Shown here: one piece after another, positions 26,746-39,674 of the stretch | Layout: each line of letters opens with the position of its first letter | Position numbering within the stretch: the stretch's first letter is position 1 | Assembly: GCF_006345805.1 (NCBI RefSeq) | Contig: NC_043006.1 | Coordinates: 90,272,001-90,336,000 of the forward strand | Origin: Octopus sinensis | Lineage: Eukaryota | Direction of reading: 5' to 3' | DNA length: 64,000 bases | Notes under the pieces: generated by a model | Told to the model about the DNA's origin: nothing | The model's input: only the letters and a program-made list of their open reading frames with translations | The model's database searches: none | Made by a program: the position numbers and the translations under genes

Positions 26746-26950
26746 ATGTATAGATAAATAGATAAATAAAATGGAATACAAATTAAGAAGAGCACAAAGA
26801 TAAACCTAATATAGTAAATATAAGTGGATACGCTGAGATGTACCTGTATGCACATACATGAGCATGCACATGTGGTGGTTTAATAATGTATGTGATTGAG
26901 TATTATCTGATAATTGATATTTGATTTAGTTGTATTTTCTTATCTTGTGT
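25160..26950 (-). mobile_element. Non-autonomous PLE-derived element with inverted termini
   Basis: 25207-25294 is the reverse complement of 26870-26948 (one ~9-bp indel). HHR at 25456-25584 and an Asn-rich degenerate minus-strand frame near 25790-25990. Ends in (TA)n. Confidence 0.6.
25456..25584 (-). ncRNA. Hammerhead ribozyme with a ~100-nt extended stem II (U4->C)
   Basis: Minus strand reads ATCT-CCGAAGA-GGCC-(92 nt containing the perfect 11-bp helix ATGTCTCATTT/AAATGAGACAT)-GGCT-GAAAC-AGCT-GTA-AGAT. Confidence 0.65.
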
Positions 26951-28914
26951 ATATATATATATATATATATATATAATTATTAAAGTCACTCCACATCTTC
27001 CAAGAAATTTGAAACCCACAACAACCAAAGTGGATGCCACATGTCATTTGTACTACATGGAATTTAAAATTCTGAAAGTTGACAAAATGTGTGTCATTTC
27101 AAGGGACTAATCAAGACCAATCCATTCCAATGCAACACTGAGTGTCAGCAATTCCTTATCAGACAAACAACTTATAAAATAGATTAATATATAATTAGTC
27201 TCTAATAGGTTTTAGTCTTTTCCTCATCACTTATTTTCATATCACATATATGATAGAATGACCACCAGACTTGAAACTAAACTGTACTTAAGTAAATTAA
27301 GTAATTTAAACAAGATTTTAATCAAAAGTCATAGAAACATGCCATTTCTCTACATATTCCACCTACATATTCCATCCAACCGTAACACTTCAATTTTTCC
27401 TCTTTTAATTTAATTATATTTATCTTTTGTATATTTTTTCTTTATTGAGACATTGATTTCTTAAATGAAAGAAATATAAAAGAATTTTTCCCAATTAGCA
27501 ACTTCCATCAGTGTCAAAATTGTTTCTAGACTGTGTAATGGCAGCTTTTCAGTTGAAGCTAAACAGGAAATTTCTCCATAGGAATCTAAACAGTTTGTTA
27601 TGTTTAATGTTGGTTGTGTTGGCTTCAGCAAAAGTATTGTAACATTGGTGTTGTTGCTGTTTAATGCTTATTTCCCAATTACACATGTGTGTGAGTTTGC
27701 ATGGACATTTATACATGTGTTGTGTATGTATGTATGTTTGCAAGCATATATGTGTATATATATATTTGTATATATATGCATGTGTGTATCTATCTACCTA
27801 TATATATATGTTCAGTATATACGTGTGTGTGTGTTATTAATTGGGCAATTTCCACAGAAAGCTGATAACGATTGAAATACAAATCTCAGCTGTGTTAGGA
27901 ATACATATAAACTGAAACACAAATTCCTGCCTAGAATTTAAAACAAATAAATCAATAAAAAATAGAAAAAATGAAAAAGAAAATAGTAAATAAATGTGGA
28001 AATGTAAATTTACCTCGTTACTTCCAAATCCAAAATGAAGATTTTCATGAACCAAGACAGCACAATTGTCAACACCATTTAAAGTTAGAACCTAAAAATA
28101 AAAATAATCAAATATGAAAAATAAACATCAATAATTACGTCACGACATTAGAAGGTACATTCAGAATAAGAAGAAACAAAACAAAAAAACAAATCAGTTT
28201 GGAATAGATGAATGTAAATAGAATTAAAAGAAATACTGAACATGTCCAAATGTATTTTCTGTTTGTCTTCAGAGATTTGTTGAAAAGAGTCTATTGGAAT
28301 CAAAGAATGGAAGAATATCATAAAACTACATGAGAGAATGTTTTTAATGTGATGAAGACAACAAGTTTGGTAAATAAATAGTTATTGTTAAAAGTGATGC
28401 TTTTGCTTGCTTCACAGAATTCCAATCATGAGATGAAATCAAGCTGAAAACCACAAGAAACAAAAACAAACAACACAAAAAAAAAATTCCAATTTGGTTC
28501 TGTTACAGGCATCAAAATGGAAATGGAACTTGAGACTGTGTTTTAACAACCAGCAAAATCTACAAATTTCTTTACTCTTTAATTTATTTTTGTCACAAGA
28601 CTGTGGCCACACTGGAGCACTGCCTTTAATGTACTTACTTTTGTCATATTGAACAGAATCTGGTACTTAAGTTATTGATTGCTATTTACTGATGATAAAG
28701 TTATCTTTCTGTGACAAAAAATGAATGCAATTAGGTACACCATTTTACACTGGTATACGCAAACACAAAGTAATTAAGTAGTTATTCTAGACGTGTGTTA
28801 ATATGACAAGTCCTACAATTTGGAATTGGGGAGTGGGGACAGAACCCCTGCAATGAGTTAATGGGATATCAGTGACCAGGTTCTAGATGTATAATCAAAG
28901 ACTGCCATTTAATA

Positions 28915-29100
28915 AGAATATAGAGGAGATTGGAATAGTGTTCCGTAGAACTGTTACAAAAGGTTTGCCTCATTGGCATGATCCCAGAATAATCAGGAAA
29001 GTATTGGAGAATTGAAAAGAAAAGATAGCATGGAGGTTACCAGACAGCAAGTCTGCTATGCATGCAAGACTCCAGGAGTTACAATAAAACCTGAGGAGGA
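28915..29100 (+). mobile_element. R4/Dong-clade LINE 3' end fragment
   Basis: Frameshifted IEEIGIVF/VELLQKVCLIG/RIIRKVLEN* resembles the R4 C-terminus LQK..LLGTARI.RKVL. It ends in (GAG)n(GAT)n. Confidence 0.55.
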
Positions 29101-29124
29101 GGAGGAGGAGATGATGATGATGAT

Positions 29125-30300
29125 AGCTCCTGATAGACAAAACTGTACTTAGAGACTGCAAGAGGAGGAAAAATAAGTTAGCCATGTCATGGATCAACTA
29201 TCATAAGGTGTATGATATGATCCCACATTCTTGGATTATGGAGTGTATGAATCTATTTAGCATTGCATCAAATGTTGAGTGATTGCTTGGGAAAAGTATG
29301 GAGAATTGGTGGATGGACCTGACAGCATACGGAAGAAGTTTAGGAACAGTAGAAATTAGGAGAGGCATCTTCCAAGGGGACTGCCTGTCTCCACTGATCT
29401 TTGTACTGTGCTTCATATCACTAACACTGATTCTGAGGAAAGCAAAATCTAGGTAAGTATTCAAAAGCTGCCAACAAAAAGCCAACCATTTGTTATTCAT
29501 GGATGACCTCAAATTTTATGGTAAAAATGAAGCTCAAGTCAGTTCCCTCATTGATACAGTGTATACCTTCAGTGCTGATATCAGAATGGAGTTCGGGCTG
29601 TGAAAGTGTGGTGTGTTAGTCTAGAAGAGAAGCAAAATGAAATGTATGGACAGGCTAGTGATACAGTCGGTGGGAGGTTATGAAGCAGATAGAAGAGACA
29701 GGCTGTAGGTACTTGGGGATTTGGGAAATAAATAAAATAATGGAGAAAGAAATGACAAAAAAATTTAAGGTGAAGTACTTGTGCAGACTGAGACTGATCC
29801 TAAAGTCGAAATTAAATGGAAAGAATAAGATTGAAGCTATAAACACCTGGGCAGTTTCACGCCTTAGATATGGAGTAGGGGTAATTGCATGGACAGTAGA
29901 CGAAGTAAACAGCTTAGACAGAAAGACAAGGAAGTTGCTCTAACTAGATATGAGTCACTCCACGCAAAAGTGACACAGACAAACTGTATATACCAAGAAA
30001 AAGAGGGGAAGAGGACGTATTGGATGTGAACACAGTATTAAGAGCAGAAGAAAACAACGTAGCATGGAATGTAAAAAATGCCGCAGAACTGCTATTATTG
30101 AAATTGAAGTATTCAAAATGTGGAGCATGAAGGTAAAATAATCCCAATAATAGTTGGAGCATTGAGCATGATGAAATAACATATGAAGAAAAAAGTGGAA
30201 GCTATACCTCGATCCTCAATATTACAGCCCACATCCGATGCAAGACACTATCAATCCAATAATACAATTTAAACAAAACAACCTACAAATACAAGACACG
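29125..30300 (+). mobile_element. R4/Dong-clade (RLE-type) LINE fragment: RT plus internally deleted C-terminus
   Basis: LAMSWINYHKVYDMIPHSW, GIFQGDCLSPLIF, NHLLFMDDLK, DIRMEFGL, YLGI and RLRLILKSKLNGKNKIEAINTWAV, then MWSMK..IIPIIVGAL and TAHIRCKTLSIQ*. Confidence 0.88.
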
Positions 30301-32289
30301 CGCTATACAGCATTTATTCAATGAAATAAACATCCACCAGCAATCCTGAAAAACCAAACCATTACACAACACACAATACAAGCAGTAACACAACAAAAGA
30401 CTGCACCACACCTCAAGAGAGATAAAATACAAAAAAACCTAACACAATACAGTACCAGGAAGAGTTTGCACACACCCAACAGCAGAAGAGAACACTCAAT
30501 GCTGCACACATGGAGGTGTAGCAGGTGATGCAGTAGAAATTTGCCTCAATCTACCAAATATTGAACAGTTCAGCACAAGTTGAGAAGTTTTGAGGTGAAG
30601 GAAAGAAGATGATAACAAGAATCCGCAGTATTTGACTGGATTTAATTTTAAGAAGCTATAAAAGATGAAAGACTTGTTAGAGTATTTGAACTTAGTATGT
30701 AAAGAGCTTTAGCACCAGACATTTTGCCAGTGCTTACCAATTCTGTTAGGGACTCTTTATGCAGGGATAACAACCTATATGTATGTCTAGGAGCTGCAGT
30801 GTCTCAATCATGCTGGATTTATTTGCTTGACTAATTGTACTTCCTCTGCTCCCAGTTCTAAGTGTGCAGCTATGGATGAATATTGCTGCACCAAGTGATG
30901 AGGGATCATATAAAGTGCACATACTAGTGATATGGTTGAATGTCTATAAAAACACAGATGTGGTTGTGAGATCAAGAAGCTTGCTTCCTAATCAGCTTGA
31001 ATTCCACTGGGTACCACCTTGGGGAAGTATCTTCCACAATAGTGTTAGGCCAAAGTCTTGTGAGTGGATCTGATAAACAGAAACTGAAAGAAGCTCATCA
31101 TATATATAATATATATCCATTTAGTGTTGACCATCGACAAAAAAAAAGAGTACTCAATACCATAGTAGAGATTAATTCATTTTTGGTCAAGTCATTCTCT
31201 TGCTCCTCTGAGTGTCACCTGTAGGTGCATGTGGTCTACAGTTTGTATGGCTCAGAAGGAATTTGCTGTGGTTAGTTTTCTACCCAGATGCTCTTCCAGT
31301 CAACAACCCTCACTTGTTTCCAAGCCAAGTAATGTGTCCCCAGGGTCAGACATCTTTTTCACGGCTGACAAGAAATTAACAACACAGCTTGTATGACAGT
31401 GATGCTTATTTACAATCATTATACAATGTTAAGATAAAGTACACACATAAATATATGCATACATAGATACACACACGCACACACACACACACATATAAAT
31501 ATATGATAATCTTCTCCAGTTTCTGTTTATCAAATCTACTCATGAGGCTTTGGTCGAATCTGGGATATAGATGAAGTATTTACCACAGGTACTGTGCAGT
31601 GGAACTGAATCTGAAAACATATTGTTGGGAGGCCAGCTTCCTCACAACATCATACACTTTACTTTCCAGTTTCAAAGCCAGTGACTGCTTGTGAAATTTC
31701 TAATGATTCATGGCACTATATTTGGCTTCTCTGGGATTCTAATGTTTCAAAAAGCTTATTCCATAATCTTAATAAATAAATAAATAGATTTCTTTCTTTA
31801 TTGCTAAAAGTAATGTTAATTTGTTCCACAAAATGGACTTGTCCCATTCCATTTTTCATATTACAAGCATTAAAACAGAATGGAACATCAGAATGACATT
31901 AACGAACCAGCTTAATTGCCCAGTTGGACAAATTCAGGTTTCATTTAAAATATGCTGTTTGTATTTCTGATAAGTATTTGAAAACATTTCTGTTATCACA
32001 ATTCCATGCTTTTATTTCGATATTGTTAGCATTTTCTTGATAAAGTAGTTGGCATGCAGCCATAAAACTACTGTTTCAATTATTTCTAATGCTCACCTGC
32101 ACAAACCGTCGTTAAATCTGTTCACAGTTCAGAACCAACATTATGTAATGGACATCTGTATTGGCGTTAATAGGGTTGAACTAAATACAGTTGTGGTTAA
32201 CAGCACCAACATGTGTTAGTATGTATTAACATAATCATAGTAATGATGCCTTAAACATAGAGATGGAGATGATGCTGACCACAAGTACA

Positions 32290-32328
<39 letters not shown>

Positions 32329-32920
32329 TACAATAGTCGTTAACAGCAGAATATAGATGTATTCACGCATAAGCAAATCTGTGAAGTACATACCAAAAGT
32401 GGGGGATAGGCAATATAGACAGAAGACTTATGATAAAGTGGTGGGCCATTGTATGTGAACTTTTAGAAACAGACTGGGAAGCAAGCAAAGGAAATACGCT
32501 CAAAAAAAAAAAGAAAGAAAGAAAAGAGGAGAAATTCCATAATACATATTGCATATAATTGGTGTTTGAAATAGATCATTCTTCTTGGAAAGAAACTAAC
32601 AAATTCGAAAGATAACAGACAAAGACTCCCAAATTTTAACAAAAATGTTGCATGCAAATAATGGTGAACCAGCAGAGTTGTTTAAAGTGTCAGAATGCTT
32701 CAGGATACTTGTTCTGACTTTCTGGACTCTGGATTCAAATCCAGCCTAGACCACCTTAGCTTTTAAAGCTTATAAAGGTTATTCATTACTGTTGAGTCTC
32801 AATGCACTGGGTTTTAGTTTCAATTCCAGCAATAAGCTTATTCTTTCAGAATTTATTTATTGCAATTTAACAAATGCCATCACTGATCCGAGGTTCCAAA
32901 CTGATCATGCTTATAAAAAA

Positions 32921-34798
32921 GTACCAATTCGATGTTGCTTTATAAAGCGTTGATCCATCCGTGTAAGGTTGGGCCTGAGCCAGCCACCGCGAGGACCACT
33001 ACCAGATACTGATGGTCGAACCTATCGAACGCTTTCGATTGGTCCAAATAGACCATAGCCCCACCCTTACCAGGAATCCTATTTACCCTTTCTAAGGCAT
33101 AGCGTAGAAAGTGGAGATTGTCATGGATGGTCCTTCCAGGGATAGCGCAAGTTTACACCTCGCCAACAAGTTCACTCACGACCCGCGCCAACCTTTTTGC
33201 TAAGACCTTGGCCAAAATCTTCAACTCTGCATTAAGCAGAGTGATGGGCCGAAAATTATCAATTAAATCACCCTTGTTTGGGTCCTTTCTTAACAGCGCT
33301 ACCACCCCTTGGCTCACAAACTTGGGAATTCTCCTGTTCTGCTGCCAGTTGGTGTAATGCATGCAAGTAGGTGCCCAAACAAGTCTGGCATGCTACTATA
33401 GAGTTTGTAAGGCAGACCATCGAGTCCTGGCGATTTGTCCCCGCCGCAGTCTGCCAACGCATCCTCAACTTGCTTGGCTGTGATCGGCGCCTCACAAGAT
33501 CCTGCGTCCGGCCTCGATAGACGCAGAGAACCGGCTAGGAAGTCTGCGAGCTTCTCCCCACGCTCATCCCGAATAGCTGGGCGAAATGATTGTGAAACAT
33601 CTTGCACATTTCCATGGGTTCGTTTACTGATCGACCATTTGGGTCTGTCAAAGTCCGAATGGTTGAGTTGTTGCCACGCTGGCCCTCTACCACACTGGGC
33701 CCATCCGGCTGCATTGTTCCCTTCCTGTCTCATTGCACGGATCTTAGCCCTGACAATGCACCCTTCGTGTTTAGTTTTGAGATGTTGGTTGAGTACCAAC
33801 CTCACCACTAACACTTTCGATGCACTGTCTGACCTCATTGCCTCATCTACTGCCTTAACTACTTCCTTTTCTACTTTGTTTCTAGCACTAGCTAATTCTT
33901 TGCTAAACCTAATTGACTCAAATTTGATGGCTCTTATCAGGGTGTACCACCATTTGTTGTTGATAATGGATCCGGTTAAAGCCCTCATTACTAATTGTCT
34001 AATCCGCTTCCTGTAGGCTTTACAGTCCAATACTGACTTGGTTAGCTTCTAGTAACCGGTACCTTGTCTACACATACTATATAGGTCGAGCGTACAGGTC
34101 ACTAATTTGTGATCACTGTAGCTGACGATATGGTATTGTGGACAGCTAAGTATTTTCTTATCTTTCCTTCTAGTTATGATTCTATCTATTTAAGATCTGG
34201 ATGACCCGTCGTTTCTTGCCCAGGTCCATGCTGGAACGTCTGGGTGGTCCAGTCTGAATTGATCTGCCAACTCAAAACGACTTAGCAGATCGTTGAGGTG
34301 AGGTAATCCCCTCGTATTCTTTCTCGAGCCAACATAATCTAAGCATGCATCGCAAATTATGTTGAAGTCACCTAGCAATACTAATGTGTTCGACAAGCCG
34401 AGAATATTCTCTAGGCTTTTGAAGTAATCTTTCTGTCCGACTTTTCCTTTGCAGGGAGCATAGACAGCGACCAGCCTGAACACTTTACCACTGCTATGCA
34501 TCACATCCAAAACGACCAACCTGCCTTCTGGATCTATAAAGACAGTGCTAATCTCTAAATCCAGGATTTTTCTGACCAACACTGCCACTCCTCTGCCCCC
34601 TCCCGATTGACAGGGAGAAATGTATTTCTCGTAGCCGTTTAGAAGGGGTGAAAAAGACTGCAGCCCACTCAGTCTGGATTCGGTAATTACAACTACATCC
34701 AAACGATGCGACCCAAGGTTGTTGAGGAGGTAGCCTTGCTTCCAATACGACCCCAGGCCGTGAATATTTAAACAACTGAGTTTAAACGAGAATGTCAA
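32921..34798 (-). pseudogene. Tx1-like ORF2 (APE endonuclease + N-terminal RT), disrupted and 3'-truncated
   Basis: ORF pieces 34190-34798, 33314-34030, 33268-33495 and 33153-33362, plus TCAIPGRTIHDNLH...LDQSKAFDRFDHQYL down to ~32921. Confidence 0.9.
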
Positions 34799-37700
34799 AA
34801 ATAAGTCGAATGTTTAAAACTTACTGTTTTAATGGGAGAGAGAGAGAATGTAGTTTCACCCTCCTCTTTTCTGTCTGTGAGTGATGTGGTTTGTGAGGTC
34901 ATTTTTTTCGCGAATTGCCTGTACAGATGACTTGAAAAGTTCATCTGTAACAGGCCGATGTACTCTGCAAAAGATTTTTTTAGTTCGAAATAGTCTGTGT
35001 TGTCTATGGTATAAAACTCGACATTTTCAAGAATAATACTGTTTATATCTGCTGCGATATATTTTTTCGCTGATTTCATTAAACCAATTTGGTCACTTAA
35101 GCATTTATTATTTTTGTTTATCGCCGTGAAGGTGTTTCTCTTTTTTATATTAGGCGATTGTGGAGGGGTGTGTGTGTGTGTGCTTGTGGGTGTGTGTGTG
35201 TGTGCTTGTAGAAGTGTGGGTGTTTGTAGGTGTGTGTGTGCTTGTGGTAGGTGTCTGTGTGTTTGTGTGAGATTTTTCCAGTGTGTGTGTATTTTTGGTT
35301 ATGTGTGTGCTTGCAGCTGTATTTGTGGGTGTGGGTGTGCTTGTCTCTCTCAGATCATAGTCCTGTGTATCCGAAGAGGGTCGGTTTTTTCGTTTCTGTC
35401 TTCTTTTTGAAGGTTCCACGGTGACCCACTCCTGGTTGTTGTTGTTGTTTTCTCCCGCTGCCAACTGTACTTCGGCAATTGGTGTGTGTGACGTGGCTGC
35501 TATTTCTAGCTGTGTGGTCGTTGTCTTCGGCGTCGTGCTTGCCTCTTCTGCTGCATTTTCTTTGGCTGTCTTCTTCTTACAGCTCAACCTTATGTGGCCT
35601 TTCTCGCCACATTTGTAACACCTGGGCTTTCCGCCCTCAACTACCACCATCAGGCTGGTATTTTCTCCAATTGTAAGGGAACTGGGCATTTTTTCTAAGT
35701 CTGAGGGGTTTGCTTGGATGACAAGCTCTAAATCTTGTCCAACCCAGTTCATGTGGTGGTATATCTTAGATTGAAGAATGGTAATTTCTTCTTCTTTGCC
35801 TATGAGAATAGCGGCTACCATCCAGGCTGCATCTATTTCAGGGGGTATATCAGTGACTGTGACTTTTGAAGTTCTCCTTCCTAAGTAAGTCAGCAGGAGA
35901 ACTACTTCTTCCGACTTCAGTGTCATTGTAGGGAAATGCACCTCTACAGTGCCGAAGCAGCTACCCCTCGTTATATAGCTTGTTTGTTGCCATATCGGCC
36001 TCAAGCATTTTTCTATCGCTTCCCTCGGTACGAAGTCAATTTTTAAATTTTTTACATGATATGTTTTAAATATCACAGTTTTTCTCTCTGTCGCGTAAAT
36101 TTACACATTATCACCTTTTTTTAGTAGTCCTTGAAATTTCTTTAAATCTTCCTTGTTTATTACTATGTTTTCACTGGGGCGAGTTGTTGCACTCGCAAAA
36201 TTAATTTTCGATTTTTCCTCTTGTTTAGCCTCGCTAGACATTTTGTCGTCTGCGTTTATAACGAGTGTGTGCAATGCTTCTATGCCTTTACCTTTCTCCT
36301 CCCACATATTCGTCACTACGCCTTTACCTTTCTCCTCCCACATATTCATCTCTACACCTTTACCTTTCTCCTCCCACATATTCATCTCTACACCTTTACC
36401 TTTCTCCTCCCACATATTCATCTCTATGCCTTTACCTTTCTCCTTCCACATATTTGTCTCTACGCCTTTACCTTTCTCCTCCCACATATTCGTCTCTACG
36501 CCTTTACCTTTCTCCTCCCACATATTCGTCTCTACGCCTTTACCTTTCTCCTCCCACATATTCATCACTACGCCTTTACCTTTCTCCTCCCACATATTCG
36601 TCTCTACGCCTTCACCTTTCTCCTCCCACATATTCGTCTCTACGCCTTTACCTTTCTCCTCCCACATATTCATCTCTACGCCTTTACCTTTCTCCTCCCA
36701 CATATTCATCTCTACGCCTTTACCTTTCTCCTCCCACATATTCGTCACTACGCCTTTACCTTTCTCCTCCCACATATTCATCTCTACGCCTTTACCTTTC
36801 TCCTCCCACATATTCATCTCTACGCTTTTACCTTTCTCCTCCTACATATTCATCTCTACGCCTTTACCTTTCTCCTCCCACATATTCGTCTCTACGCTTT
36901 TACCTTTCTCCTCCCACATATTCATCTCTACGCCTTTACCTTTCTCCTCCCACATATTCATCTCTACGCTTTTACCTTTCTCCTCCCACATATTCGTCTC
37001 TACGCCTTTACCTTTCTCCTCCCACATATTCGTCTCTACGCCTTTACCTTTCTCCTCCCACATATTCGTCTCTACGCCTTTACCTTTCTCCTCCCACATA
37101 TTCATCTCTACGCCTTTACCTTTCTCCTCCCACATATTCATCTCTACGCCTTTACCTTTCTCCTCCCACATATTCATCTCTACACCTTTACCTTTCTCCT
37201 CCCACATATTCATCTCTACGCCTTTACCTTTCTCCTCCCACATATTCGTCACTACGCCTTTACCTTTCTCCTCCCACATATTCATCTCTACGCCTTTACC
37301 TTTCTCCTCCCACTTATTCATCTCTACGCTTTTACCTTTCTCCTCCCACATATTCATCTCCACGCCTTTACCTTTCTCCTCCCACATATTCATCTCTACG
37401 CTTTTACCTTTCTCCTCCCACATATTCGTCTCTACGCTTTTACCTTTCTCCTCCCCCATATTCATCTCTACGCCTTTACCTTTCTCCTCCCACATATTCA
37501 TCTCTACGCCTTTACCTTTCTCCTCCCACATATTCGTCTCTACGCCTTTACCTTTCTCCTCCCACATATTCGTCTCTACGCCTTTACCTTTCTCCTCCCA
37601 CATATTCGTCTCTACGCCTTTACCTTTCTCCTCCCACATATTCATCTCTACGCCTTTACCTTTCTCCTCCCACATATTCGTCTCTACGCCTTTACCTTTC

Positions 37701-39674
37701 TCCTCCCACATATTCGTCTCTACGCCTTTACCTTTCTCCTCCCACATATTCGTCTCTACGCCTTTACCTTTCTCCTCCCACATATTCGTCTCTACGCCTT
37801 TACCTTTCTCCTCCCACATATTCGTCTCTACGCCTTTACCTTTCTCCTCCCACATATTCGTCTCTACGCCTTTACCTTTCTCCTCCCACATATTCGTCTC
37901 TACGCCTTTACCTTTCTCCTCCCACATATTCATCTCTACGCCTTTACCTTTCTCCTCCCACATATTCGTCTCTACGCCTTTACCTCTCTCCTCCCACATA
38001 TTCGTCTCTACGCCTTTACCTTTCTCCTCCCACATATTCGTCTCTACGCCTTTACCTTTCTCCTCCCACATATTCGTCTCTACGCCTTTACCTTTCTCCT
38101 CCCACATATTCGTCTCTACGCCTTTACCTTTCTCCTTCCACATATTCGTCTCTACGCTTTTACCTTTCTCCTCCCACATATTCATCTCTACGCCTTTACC
38201 TTTCTCCTCCCACATATTCGTCTCTACGCTTTTACCTTTCTCCTCCCACATATTCGTCTCTACGCCTTTACCTTTCTCCTCCCACATATTCGTCTCTACG
38301 CCTTTACCTTTCTCCTCCCACATATTCGTCTCTACGCCTTTACCTTTCTCCTCCCACATATTCGTCTCTACGCTTTTACCTTTCTCCTCCCACATATTCG
38401 TCTCTACGCTTTTACCTTTCTCCTCCCACATATTCATCTCTACGCCTTTACCTTTCTCCTCCCACATATTCATCTCTACGCTTTTACCTTTCTCCTCCCA
38501 CATATTCGTCTCTCTACGCCTTTACCTTTCTCCCCACATATTCGTCTCTACGCCTTTACCTTTCTCCTCCCACATATTCGTCTCTACGCCTTTACCTTCT
38601 CCTCCCACATATTCATCTCTACGCCTTTACCTTCTCCTCCCACATATTCGTCTCTACGCCTTTACCTTTCTCCTCCCACATATCGTCTCTACGCCTTTAC
38701 CTTTCTCCTCCCACATATTCGTCTCTACGCCTTTACCTTTCTCCTCCACATATTCGTCTCTACGCCTTTACCTTTCTCCCCCACATATTCGTCTCTACGC
38801 CTTTACCTTTCTCCTCCCACATATTCGTCTCTACGCCTTTACCTTTCTCCTCCCACATATTCGTCTCTACGCCTTTACCTTTCTCCTCCCACATATTCAT
38901 CTCTACGCCTTTACCTTTCTCCTCCCACATATTCGTCTCTACGCTTTTACCTTTCTCCTCCCACATATTCGTCTCTACGCCTTTACCTTTCTCCTCCCAC
39001 ATATTCGTCTCTACGCCTTTACCTTTCTCCTCCCACATATTCGTCTCTACGCCTTTACCTTTCTCCTCCCACATATTCGTCTCTACGCCTTTACCTTTCT
39101 CCTCCCACATATTCGTCTCTACGCCTTTACCTTTCTCCTTCCACATATTCGTCTCTACGCTTTTACCTTTCTCCTTCCACATATTCGTCTCTACGCTTTT
39201 ACCTTTCTCCTCCCACATATTCATCTCTACGCCTTTACCTTTCTCCTCCCACATATTCGTCTCTACGCTTTTACCTTTCTCCTCCCACATATTCGTCTCT
39301 ACGCCTTTACCTTTCTCCTCCCACATATTCGTCTCTACGCCTTTACCTTTCTCCTCCCACATATTCGTCTCTACGCCTTTACCTTTCTCCTCCCACATAT
39401 TCGTCTCTACGCCTTTACCTTTCTCCTCCCACATATTCGTCTCTACGCCTTTACCTTTCTCCTCCCACATATTCTTCTCTACGCCTTTACCTTTCTCCTC
39501 CCACATATTCGTCTCTACGCCTTTACCTTTCTCCTCCCACATATTCATCTCTACGCCTTTACCTTTCTCCTCCCACATATTCATCTCTACGCCTTTACCT
39601 TTCTCCTCCCACATATTCGTCTCTACGCCTTTACCTTTCTCCTCCCACATATTCGCCTTTATGCCTTCACACAA
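34795..39674 (-). pseudogene. Tx1-like ORF1 (gag-like nucleic-acid-binding protein) containing an in-frame 12-aa repeat expansion
   Basis: 36101-36817 is in frame with 35150-36076 across a single TAA. CYKCGEKGHIRLSC knuckle present. A frameshift in the CA-rich tract leads into 34795-35079. Confidence 0.8.
36284..39655. repeat. 36-bp minisatellite (VNTR), ~94 copies
   Basis: Unit cccacatattc(g/a)tctctacgcctttacctttctcct; 3372 bp / 36 = 93.7 copies. The minus frame reads MWEEKGKGVE(T/M)N. Confidence 0.98.

Noticed and set aside
33435-34016. 193-aa plus-strand ORF
   Set aside because: It is an antisense shadow of Tx1 ORF2.
36284-39655. CRISPR-like array (36-bp period)
   Set aside because: The units are head-to-tail with no unique spacers, there are no cas genes, and the context is eukaryotic.
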